In this document: positions 54,497 to 62,253 of the stretch, one piece after another
Position numbering within the stretch: position 1 is the first letter of the stretch
Layout of the letters: each line of letters starts with the position of its first letter
Source of the DNA: Terriglobales bacterium
GTDB taxonomy: Bacteria > Acidobacteriota > Terriglobia > Terriglobales > Acidobacteriaceae
Direction of reading: 5' to 3'
Length of the DNA stretch: 64,000 nucleotides
Assembly (NCBI GenBank): GCA_035487295.1
Contig: DATHMH010000015.1
Location: 97,275-161,274 of the forward strand
Translations under genes and position numbers: made by a program
The notes under the pieces: model-generated
The model's database searches: none
Told to the model about the DNA's origin: nothing
The model's input: only the letters and a program-made list of their open reading frames with translations

Positions 54497-55687
54497 ATGG
54501 AACGCGAGCGCATTGTAATCTTCGATACCACGCTGCGCGATGGAGAGCAATCTCCCGGCTGCAGCATGAACCTCGAGGAAAAGCTGGTGATTGCGCGCCA
54601 GCTTGAGGCGTTGGGCGTGGATGTGATCGAAGCCGGCTTCCCCATTTCTTCGCAAGGCGATTTTGCGGGGGTTCAGAAAGTGGCGGCGGAAGTCCGCCGT
54701 CCTGTTATTACGGCGCTCGCACGCGCCAAAAAGGATGATATCCAGTGCGCATGGGACGCCGTTAAAATTGCCAGCAAGCCTCGCATCCACCTCTTTCTCG
54801 CCTCTTCCGATATCCATCTACAGCATAAACTGAAAATCACCCGTGAGCAGGCCCTGCAGCAGACCAAAGAAGCGGTAGCTTTCGCCAAGTCGCTGCTGAG
54901 CGACATCGAATTTTCACCGGAAGACGCCACCCGCACCGATCCGCAATTTCTGTGCGCCATGGTGGAGACCGCAATTGCCGCCGGGGCCACCACTGTGAAC
55001 ATTCCGGATACCGTCGGCTACACCATGCCGGAAGAGTTTGCCCGCATTATTACGACGATCTTGCGCGAGGTAAAGGGCGCGGACAAGATCACGCTCTCCG
55101 TGCATTGCCACAACGATTTGGGAATGGCGGTTGCCAACAGCCTGGCCGCAGTTAAAGCGGGGGCCCGACAGGTCGAGACATGCATGAATGGAATTGGCGA
55201 GCGCGCCGGCAACTGCGCCATGGAAGAAGTTGTCATGGCCATGCGCGTGCGCCCCGATTTGTATCCTTTTGAAACGGGTGTGGTCAGCGAGCAGATTTAT
55301 CCTACCAGCCAGTTGATCGCCAAAGTCATCGGTGTCGCTCCGCAACCCAACAAGGCCATTGTGGGTAACAATGCCTTCGCGCACGAGGCCGGCATTCACC
55401 AGCATGGAATGCTGAACAATCCGCTGTGCTACGAGATCATGACTCCGCAGTCGGTGGGCGCACCCGGCTCGCGCATGGTCCTGGGAAAGCACTCCGGACG
55501 CCATGCGCTGGCCAGCCGCTACGCCGAGCTTGGATATAAACTAAGTGATGAGGACCTGGAAATCTGCTACCAGCAATTTATTGCCCTGGCAGACCGCAAG
55601 AAAAATGTCTACGAGCAGGACCTGATCAGCTTCCTGCCGGCGCCCAAACGGCCCGCACCGGCGCACGCGCAGGTCGCCCAGACGTAA
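54497..55687 (+). CDS. leuA: 2-isopropylmalate synthase-family enzyme (DRE-TIM HMGL-like core), short form without the C-terminal LeuA_dimer regulatory domain
   Basis: Track ORF 54473..55687, with an ATG at 54497 and an RBS (ggaggaaggg). Motifs are [14 protein letters not shown]…[21 protein letters not shown]…GIGERAGN. It ends after the ADRKK subdomain at 396 aa and lies upstream of leuBCD. Confidence 0.75.
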   Translation: MERERIVIFDTTLRDGEQSPGCSMNLEEKLVIARQLEALGVDVIEAGFPISSQGDFAGVQKVAAEVRRPVITALARAKKDDIQCAWDAVKIASKPRIHLFLASSDIHLQHKLKITREQALQQTKEAVAFAKSLLSDIEFSPEDATRTDPQFLCAMVETAIAAGATTVNIPDTVGYTMPEEFARIITTILREVKGADKITLSVHCHNDLGMAVANSLAAVKAGARQVETCMNGIGERAGNCAMEEVVMAMRVRPDLYPFETGVVSEQIYPTSQLIAKVIGVAPQPNKAIVGNNAFAHEAGIHQHGMLNNPLCYEIMTPQSVGAPGSRMVLGKHSGRHALASRYAELGYKLSDEDLEICYQQFIALADRKKNVYEQDLISFLPAPKRPAPAHAQVAQT

Positions 55688-55745
55688 TTGAAAAACTTCA
55701 CATGCGTGAAGACATGTATCTTTTCTGTGTGGAGACATGTATCAG

Positions 55746-55774
55746 GGCACGATCCCGCTTCGCGGGATCGTGCC
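55746..55774. repeat. REP-like perfect hairpin ggcacgatcccgc-ttc-gcgggatcgtgcc (part of a composite intergenic element 55715-55820)
   Basis: A 13-bp perfect stem, read directly. Related GGCACG…CGTGCC hairpins lie at ~14219-14240 and ~14385-14405, and a truncated copy lies at ~57044. Confidence 0.75.
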
Positions 55775-55846
55775 GTAAGGCCCGGAATGTGATGGGCTTT
55801 AGCCCCCGAGGGCTCAAGATTAATTATTTTGTGGATTTTGAAACGC

Positions 55847-55875
55847 GCTCAAGAGCTAAAGGCTAAGAGCTTACC
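55847..55875. repeat. Degenerate heptanucleotide tandem array gctcaag(a)|gctaaag|gctaaga|gcttacc
   Basis: Read directly. It ends about 6 nt before the leuB ATG. Confidence 0.65.
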
Positions 55876-55880
55876 TTCTT

Positions 55881-56978
55881 ATGAAAACAAAACTCACAGT
55901 TCTCCCCGGAGACGGCATCGGCCCTGAGGTCATCACCCAGGCCATGCGCGTTTTGCGCACCGTCGCCGATTTATGCGGACACGAAATTGAAGCTCGCGAG
56001 TTTCCCGTGGGCGGGGTTGCCATCAAGCAGAGCCAGTCCCCCTTCCCGCGCGCCACTATGGACGCGTGCCTTGAGAGCAATGCCGTTCTGTTGGGCGCGG
56101 TAGGTGGTCCCGAGTACGATAACTTGCCGCGCAACATGCGTCCGGAAACCGGATTGTTGCAGCTGCGCACCGCATTGGGCGGATATGCGAATCTTCGTCC
56201 GGCGATTGCTTATCCCAGCCTGAGCGCAGGCTCTCCGTTGCGCGCCGAGGTGACGCAGGGAGCCAATGTCCTGATCATCCGCGAGCTGCTCGGCGGGCTA
56301 TATTTTGGCGAGCCCCGCGAAAAGACGGCCGACTATGCCTTCAACACCATGCGCTATACCGTTCCTGAAATCCAGCGGGTGGCGCGAATTGCCTTTGAGC
56401 AGGCGCGCAAGAGAAAGCGCAAGCTGACTTCGATTGACAAGGCCAATGTGCTTGACGTCTCCCAGCTCTGGCGCGATACGGTGATTGCCCTGGCGGCTGA
56501 ATATCCTGACGTAACCCTGGACCACATGTATGTGGACGCGGCCGCCATGCACCTCGTCCTGAATCCGCGCCGCTTCGACGTGATTGTGACCGAGAACCTG
56601 TTCGGCGACATTCTCTCCGACGAAGCCGCGGTGATTACCGGATCGCTGGGCATGCTGGCCTCTGCCACAATTGGTGGGCAGGTAGGACTGTATGAGCCGG
56701 TGCACGGCTCTGCCCCTGATATCGCCGGAAAGAATATCGCCAATCCGCTGGGCGCGATTGCCACCGTGGCCATGTTGCTGCGCCATAGCATGGGATTGAA
56801 CCAGGAAGCCGACGACGTCGAAGCCGCTATCAACCAGGTGCTGGAGCAGGGCTTCCGCACCGCCGACCTGCATCGCGGCGCGGGCACGCAACTGGTTTCT
56901 ACCACTGAGATGGGCGAACGGGTCGAGGCCGCGGTCGCGGAAAAGATCAACCGCCGCCATTCGTACCACGCGGTGTAG
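55881..56978 (+). CDS. leuB: 3-isopropylmalate dehydrogenase
   Basis: 365 aa. Motifs are KLTVLPGDGIGPEV…LLGAVGGP…NLRP…VRELLGGLYFG…NLFGDILSDEAAVITGSLGMLASA…YEPVHGSAPDIAG. Confidence 0.95.
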   Translation: MKTKLTVLPGDGIGPEVITQAMRVLRTVADLCGHEIEAREFPVGGVAIKQSQSPFPRATMDACLESNAVLLGAVGGPEYDNLPRNMRPETGLLQLRTALGGYANLRPAIAYPSLSAGSPLRAEVTQGANVLIIRELLGGLYFGEPREKTADYAFNTMRYTVPEIQRVARIAFEQARKRKRKLTSIDKANVLDVSQLWRDTVIALAAEYPDVTLDHMYVDAAAMHLVLNPRRFDVIVTENLFGDILSDEAAVITGSLGMLASATIGGQVGLYEPVHGSAPDIAGKNIANPLGAIATVAMLLRHSMGLNQEADDVEAAINQVLEQGFRTADLHRGAGTQLVSTTEMGERVEAAVAEKINRRHSYHAV

Positions 56979-57095
56979 AAGATGCCCGGCAGAGACGTAG
57001 CAAGCTACATCTCTACGAATATAACCGGATGGTGAGAGACTTGTATCAGGGCACGACTATTGAAGCCCGAAGCGAACAAAGGAATCAAATAATTA

Positions 57096-58514
57096 ATGTC
57101 GAAACCGAAAACATTATTCGAAAAAGTATGGGACGCGCATACCGTCGTCCATCCCGAGGGCGAACCGGCGGCCCTCTATATTGATCTGCATCTTATTCAC
57201 GAGGTCACCTCGCCCCAGGCCTTTGAGGGCCTGCGTACAGCCAAGCGCAAGATACGCCGTCCCGACCTGACGGTTGCCACCATTGATCACAACGTGCCCA
57301 CCATCGCCAGTGATCGTCTGCGCATTCAAGATCCGATTTCCGCAAAGCAGATCGAGACCCTGCGCCAAAACTGTAAAGAATTCGGCGTTCAATTATTCGA
57401 CATCGGTTCGGCAGAGCAAGGAATCGTCCACGTGATCGGTCCCGAAATGGGACTCACCCAGCCGGGCATGACCATCGTCTGCGGCGACAGCCACACCAGC
57501 ACGCACGGCGCCTTTGGCGCGCTGGCCTTCGGCATCGGAACCTCGGAAGTCGAGCATGTGCTGGCCACGCAGTGCCTGCCGCAGCACAAGCCGCGCACCA
57601 TGGAAATCTGCGTCAAGGGAGATTTGCCGCAAGGCGTTACTGCAAAGGACCTGGTGCTGGGGATTATCGCCCAGATCAAGACCGATGGCGCCACCGGCCA
57701 CGTGGTCGAGTATTCGGGAGAGGCTGTGCGCAAGTTGACCATGGAAGGTCGCCTGACCGTCTGCAATATGAGCATTGAAGCCGGTGCGCGCGCCGGCATG
57801 ATCGCTCCCGACGACACGACCTTTGCTTATCTTGAAGGCCGCCGCTTCGCTCCCAAAGGCAAAGCCTGGAACGAAGCCCTGGACTACTGGCGCAATCTGC
57901 CTACCGACCAGGGCGCGAAGTTCGATACAACTATCGAAATAGACGCAGCCAGGCTCGCTCCTTTCGTCACCTGGGGGACAAACCCCGGAATGGCAGTGCC
58001 CGTCACGACTCGCGTTCCCAGTCCGCAGGATGCGAACAATGATTCCGACCGCAAGGCCACCGAGCGGGCCCTGGAATACATGGGCCTCAAGCCCGGAGTC
58101 AGCTTTGAAGATATCTCCGTGGACAGGGTCTTTATCGGCTCCTGCACCAACGGACGCATTGAAGACCTGCGCGCCGCCGCCCGCGTGCTGCGCGGATACA
58201 AGGTCAACCCACACGTGCGCGCCATGGTCGTTCCCGGCTCGCAGGTTGTCAAACAGGCCGCCGAGCGCGAGGGGCTGGATTCCATCTTCCGCGCCGCCGG
58301 TTTTGAGTGGCGCGAATCGGGATGCTCGATGTGCCTGGGCATGAATCCTGATATTCTTGCTTCGGGGGAGCGTTGCGCCTCCACCAGCAACCGTAATTTT
58401 GAAGGCCGCCAGGGCGCCGGCGGACGCACGCACCTGGTAAGCCCCATGATGGCCGCCGCCGCCGCCATCACCGGACACTTTACCGACATCCGCAATTGGG
58501 AATTTAAGGACTAG
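57096..58514 (+). CDS. leuC: 3-isopropylmalate dehydratase large subunit
   Basis: 472 aa. It has aconitase-family motifs: LFEKVWDAH…[14 protein letters not shown]…[24 protein letters not shown]…[11 protein letters not shown]…GCSMCLGMN…[12 protein letters not shown]. Confidence 0.95.
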   Translation: MSKPKTLFEKVWDAHTVVHPEGEPAALYIDLHLIHEVTSPQAFEGLRTAKRKIRRPDLTVATIDHNVPTIASDRLRIQDPISAKQIETLRQNCKEFGVQLFDIGSAEQGIVHVIGPEMGLTQPGMTIVCGDSHTSTHGAFGALAFGIGTSEVEHVLATQCLPQHKPRTMEICVKGDLPQGVTAKDLVLGIIAQIKTDGATGHVVEYSGEAVRKLTMEGRLTVCNMSIEAGARAGMIAPDDTTFAYLEGRRFAPKGKAWNEALDYWRNLPTDQGAKFDTTIEIDAARLAPFVTWGTNPGMAVPVTTRVPSPQDANNDSDRKATERALEYMGLKPGVSFEDISVDRVFIGSCTNGRIEDLRAAARVLRGYKVNPHVRAMVVPGSQVVKQAAEREGLDSIFRAAGFEWRESGCSMCLGMNPDILASGERCASTSNRNFEGRQGAGGRTHLVSPMMAAAAAITGHFTDIRNWEFKD

Positions 58515-58586
58515 AAAGATTGAGTGATTGAATCATCGGATCAATCAGGAAATAAATTTTTAGCTTTTCGAGGATTAAGAAAGATC

Positions 58587-59198
58587 ATGGAAGCGTTTCG
58601 CACACACACCGGATTGGCCGTCCCGCTCGACCGGGACGATGTTGACACCGACCAGATCATCCCCAAGCAGTTTCTCAAGCGCATCGAGCGCTCCGGCTAC
58701 GGCGATTTTCTGTTTTACGACTGGCGTTATTCGGCCGACAAGCCGCGCCCTGATTTCGTGTTGAACGCTCCGCGCTACCAAGGCGCTTCCATCCTGATCG
58801 CCGGCCGCAACTTCGGCTGCGGCTCCTCGCGCGAGCACGCCGCCTGGGCGCTCGCCGACTACGGCATCCGCGTGGTGATTGCTTCTACGTTTGCCGATAT
58901 CTTCCGTAACAACGCAGGCAAGAATGGACTGCTTGCTGTGGTGCTGAAACCGGAAGAGGTTGCCGAAATCACCAAGCGCGCGCAGACCGGCGAAGGCTAT
59001 CGCCTCACGGTTTCACTCGAAGATATGACAGTGAAAGACGACGCCGGCTTTCAGGCAATTTTTAATATTGAAGCCTTTACCCGCTACTGTCTGCTCGAAG
59101 GATTAGACGACATCGGACTTACAATGCGCCACCAATCGCAAATCGAAGCCTACGAAAAAGCACGGCAGGGCAAAAGTTGGCTGCCGGCAGTGCGCTAA
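58587..59198 (+). CDS. leuD: 3-isopropylmalate dehydratase small subunit
   Basis: Track ORF 58524..59198, with an ATG at 58587 (MEAFRTHTGLAVPLDRDDVDTDQIIPKQFLKRI…GRNFGCGSSREHAAWAL). Confidence 0.9.
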   Translation: MEAFRTHTGLAVPLDRDDVDTDQIIPKQFLKRIERSGYGDFLFYDWRYSADKPRPDFVLNAPRYQGASILIAGRNFGCGSSREHAAWALADYGIRVVIASTFADIFRNNAGKNGLLAVVLKPEEVAEITKRAQTGEGYRLTVSLEDMTVKDDAGFQAIFNIEAFTRYCLLEGLDDIGLTMRHQSQIEAYEKARQGKSWLPAVR

Positions 59199-59307
59199 TC
59201 AAGCTGAGGAAAACCCGCAATAGGTTTAAAGATCCCTGATTTCAATCCTAAAGCCGTGTTCAGCCATTTCTTTTGCCAGGATAGTGGATGTCTCAGCTAC
59301 GTTTTCT

Positions 59308-59913
59308 TTAAAGGGTATGTAAAATTAATCCCTGTATATCGGAAGGCTTTTCCATACTTTTCTGATCTTTCAAGAGGATTGCAACCCGAGAGCGGCCCAG
59401 CAGAGCCAAAAGCATCCCCAGTTCGAGCACGACATTTCGCCGCGCGCGCAATGATTTTTCGTCAGGACGGTTGGCGCGGTGCCCTTCGTCGTCAGGAGTG
59501 GCAAGAACAATTCCAAAATCAGCATCTTTGCTTGCTGCTTCCAATTTCTCAATAATTGTTTGTCCTTGCGAAGGCAATTGATCTAGTATCAAAGGCTCAA
59601 TTTTCCATCGACGCAGCATCGCTTCCAGTTGGACTTTCGCCGTACTATCGTGCCCATACACGACAAAAACGCGTGATGGCGCCGCGGGGCTGCTTATATG
59701 CTTTGGCGATGCGGTTGACCCAAATAATCCTTTAATTAATTCAGCATCCTTTCCTTGCACAAAAAGTGTGCCTTTGTCATATACATTGACTTTTGGACCA
59801 TCGATTATAGATAGCTGAGTGCCGGTATTATTTCCAAGCCGAAGCTCATCCTCGACCTCATAGCCAGCATTCTTCAAAATCTCTCGAACTTGCTGTACTG
59901 AGTACTTCTTCAT
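59308..59913 (-). CDS. PF10137-type TIR-like nucleotide-binding protein (CAP12/PycTIR-type fold) with a small N-terminal domain; 3' end disrupted by a 1-nt frameshift
   Basis: Track ORF 59308..59928 starts with TTG, with an ATG at 59913. The TIR-like core is SRVFVVYGHDSTAKVQLEAMLRRWKIEPLIL…ADFGIVLATPDD…RARRNVVLELGMLLALLGRSRVAILLK…MEKPSDIQG. The next frame continues YIPFKENVAETSTILAKEMAEHGFRIEIRDL* down to ~59226, which is how I recall family members ending. Confidence 0.7.
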   Translation of the reverse strand: MKKYSVQQVREILKNAGYEVEDELRLGNNTGTQLSIIDGPKVNVYDKGTLFVQGKDAELIKGLFGSTASPKHISSPAAPSRVFVVYGHDSTAKVQLEAMLRRWKIEPLILDQLPSQGQTIIEKLEAASKDADFGIVLATPDDEGHRANRPDEKSLRARRNVVLELGMLLALLGRSRVAILLKDQKSMEKPSDIQGLILHTL

Positions 59914-59937
59914 GCATGTGCTCCGCAACGAAATGGT

Positions 59938-60324
59938 CTAATCGAATCGCCGCCGAATCTTTTCAAGTAAGTTTGGCGGCTCGTCCTCATAACTAATGTC
60001 AGGCAAGCTCTCGCGGAAATGTTTGCGCCACACAAGTGGGCTCACGCGAAAGGTCAATCTCTTGGAGAGGCGCCTGTTCTTCATATTCACTAGCAAATAT
60101 CTGGCCGCAAAATCGGCTGCGCCAAGACACTGCTCATTATCCGTGAACTTTCCGTTGATGATGTGCTGCATATCAGCGTAAAGGAGCTCGATCCAGTACC
60201 TCTCGTGGTGATCGAGACTATAGTAAAGCACCGGGTCGCGCTGTGCGAGCTCAAGACTCAGTTTCCTAAAATCGTCATATGACTGCCTAGTTTGGAGTGG
60301 TTTTTCTTTCACTTCCCATCCCAC
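59938..60324 (-). CDS. Hypothetical 124-128 aa protein, middle gene of the TIR-like cassette
   Basis: The start is GTG at 60324 (16-nt overlap with the upstream gene) or GTG at ~60312 (GTGA stop/start overlap). The sequence is …KPLQTRQSYDDFRKLSLELAQRDPVLYYSLDHHERYWIELLYADMQHIINGKF… I recognise no family. Confidence 0.5.
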   Translation of the reverse strand: MGWEVKEKPLQTRQSYDDFRKLSLELAQRDPVLYYSLDHHERYWIELLYADMQHIINGKFTDNEQCLGAADFAARYLLVNMKNRRLSKRLTFRVSPLVWRKHFRESLPDISYEDEPPNLLEKIRRRFD

Positions 60325-60905
60325 CCAACTTCATCCATGTTGGGCGTAGGCACTCGCCCACGCACTTCCACCAGCATCTCGCGCAAAGGCAAAATGGGAA
60401 CTTTGCCGGCAAGCTGTCGTGACATCAAACGATGAGCAAGCACGACATTAATAGCGGCGCTCAGGTTCAAACAAAAATGCGCGGGAATATGCAGGAACCT
60501 GTGGCATAGCCGGCGAATCACCTGTGGCACTCTGCCATCCTCGGGGCCAAATACATAAACAGCGTTTTCCGGATGCTCGAAAGTTGTGAGCGGCTCAGAA
60601 TTCTCGAAGACCTCAACGCACACCGGAACACAATCTTTGGGCAGCAGCTCAAAGGGCCGCTCGTCATTGCGAAAATCAACTTGCTTGTAGCCTTTCATGC
60701 GCTCCTCGCGCGGCAAGCGCGAATACTTGGCAGGATTGACCCGCTCTCCTGTCCAGATCAGCGACTTGACCTCGAAGCACGCGCACGCGCGGATAGCCGT
60801 ACCCACATTGTGGGGATATTTAGGATCGATGATTACGACCGCCGGTACTTCCACGTTTTTATTTAACAGCGGCTCTCGTCTTCTGTCTATGTTATTCAGC
60901 GCCAA
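60309..60905 (-). CDS. SpoU/TrmH-fold (SPOUT) RNA 2'-O-methyltransferase-like protein, first gene of the TIR-like cassette
   Basis: 198 aa with a TTG start in the track. SPOUT motifs are VVIIDPKYPHNVGTAIRACACFEV, VYVFGPEDGRVP and HIPAHFCLNLSAAINVVLAHRL. Confidence 0.65.
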   Translation of the reverse strand: MALNNIDRRREPLLNKNVEVPAVVIIDPKYPHNVGTAIRACACFEVKSLIWTGERVNPAKYSRLPREERMKGYKQVDFRNDERPFELLPKDCVPVCVEVFENSEPLTTFEHPENAVYVFGPEDGRVPQVIRRLCHRFLHIPAHFCLNLSAAINVVLAHRLMSRQLAGKVPILPLREMLVEVRGRVPTPNMDEVGWDGK

Positions 60906-61125
60906 ACAGGGTATTGCAGCAGACCGCCCAGGACTACCATCAGCACAGCGAGCTCGTGGTCGACCCCCTTAAGCAGTCCAACTTGGCCGAATGCTTGCGA
61001 CGCAGAAACGGTGAGCCATGAATGTGAGGTGCTGCCTCTGGGTCAGTTGTCCAGAACGTCACGCCAGAACCCGCGTGCAAGAAACCTGCAAAATGGCTAG
61101 ACTCAGAAATGAGGCACTGGAATAA

Positions 61126-62253
61126 ATGAAGAATGCGCCTGCTGCTGCTTCCCCTGCTGAGTTAAGACGGCACCTTTTTTACGAGACCTCGCACTCGCCT
61201 TCACTAGCCGACCTAGTGGGCTACGAAAAAGCCAAAGACATCATTGATTTTTGTTTCATCGCCAACCCCTACTACCCCACGCCGCAGATGCTGCGCGAAT
61301 TGCAGGAAAATCTTCCGAACCTGATCAAGTCTTATCCCTCCAGCAATCCGTTGATAGGGCAACAGAGCCTGGCGGCGGTTCTGCACGTCTCGCCGGAGAA
61401 TTTAATCATCGGCAATGGCGCCACCGAACTTATCGTGGATATCAACACCAGCCTGATTGACCGCATCGCGGTGCCGGTGCCGACGTTTGGGGAATATATC
61501 GAAAAGGTAAGAGACCAGCGCGATGCCGAACTTTATATGCTGGATCCAGAGCAGGGCTACCAACTGCGATTGAACGGCTATCTGGCATGGGTGCGCCAGC
61601 GCGGCCTGAAGTCGCTGCTTGTGATCAACCCGGGAAACCCCACCGGCCAGCTCTTATGCCTGGATGAGATGATCGATTTTCTGCAGCAGACCAAGGACCT
61701 GGAGCTGGTGATCGTGGATGAATCGTTCATCGACTTTGCCGGCGATCCCATCCCAAGCCTGCTCCAGGTGGCGGACCAATTCTCGAACCTGCTGATTGTG
61801 CGCAGCATGAGCAAACACTGCGGGGTCCCCGGATTGCGCCTGGGTTACTGCTACAGCCAGAACCTTTATCTTCTCAACCGCATGCGCAGGCTGATTCCTA
61901 CCTGGAACCTGAACACCCTGGCGCAATATTTTTTGTCTCTGCTGCCGGCTACAGATGCCGAGTATCACGCGGCCCGCAAGCGTTTGATCGGCGATGTGCG
62001 CTGGCTTTATAGCGCGTTGAAGGCGATCCCGGGACTCGATGTTTATCCCACAGGCGCTAATTTTGTTCTGTTCAAGATCAAGACCGGCATGACCGCGACT
62101 GATTTGCAGGCGCGCCTGCTACAAGAGCATCAAATCTATGTGCGCGACTGTTCCAACAAAGTGGGCATGGATAATTTTCATATTCGCGTGGCCTCGCAAG
62201 GACGCGAGAAAGATGAGCGGCTCATCGAGGCTCTGCGGGCATTGATTCCATGA
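61126..62253 (+). CDS. Class I/II PLP-dependent aminotransferase (HisC/CobD-like subfamily)
   Basis: 375 aa. Motifs are IIGNGATELI…LLVINPGNPTGQ…VIVDESFIDF…IVRSMSKHCGVPGLRLGY (PLP lysine in SMSK). Confidence 0.7.
   Translation: MKNAPAAASPAELRRHLFYETSHSPSLADLVGYEKAKDIIDFCFIANPYYPTPQMLRELQENLPNLIKSYPSSNPLIGQQSLAAVLHVSPENLIIGNGATELIVDINTSLIDRIAVPVPTFGEYIEKVRDQRDAELYMLDPEQGYQLRLNGYLAWVRQRGLKSLLVINPGNPTGQLLCLDEMIDFLQQTKDLELVIVDESFIDFAGDPIPSLLQVADQFSNLLIVRSMSKHCGVPGLRLGYCYSQNLYLLNRMRRLIPTWNLNTLAQYFLSLLPATDAEYHAARKRLIGDVRWLYSALKAIPGLDVYPTGANFVLFKIKTGMTATDLQARLLQEHQIYVRDCSNKVGMDNFHIRVASQGREKDERLIEALRALIP

Noticed and set aside
6453-55875. Heptamer arrays or the inverted-repeat elements as a CRISPR array.
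   Set aside because: The units are 7 nt with no spacers, the arrays are 28-65 nt long and scattered, and no cas genes are present. The architecture is incompatible with CRISPR.
26818-59913. The cyclase-like protein (26.8 kb) and the TIR-like protein (59.3 kb) as one Pycsar/CBASS-like cyclase plus effector system.
   Set aside because: They are 30 kb apart, on different strands, and separated by dozens of housekeeping genes. Known systems are compact operons, and the cyclase-like protein is much larger than the PycC-type cyclases I recall.
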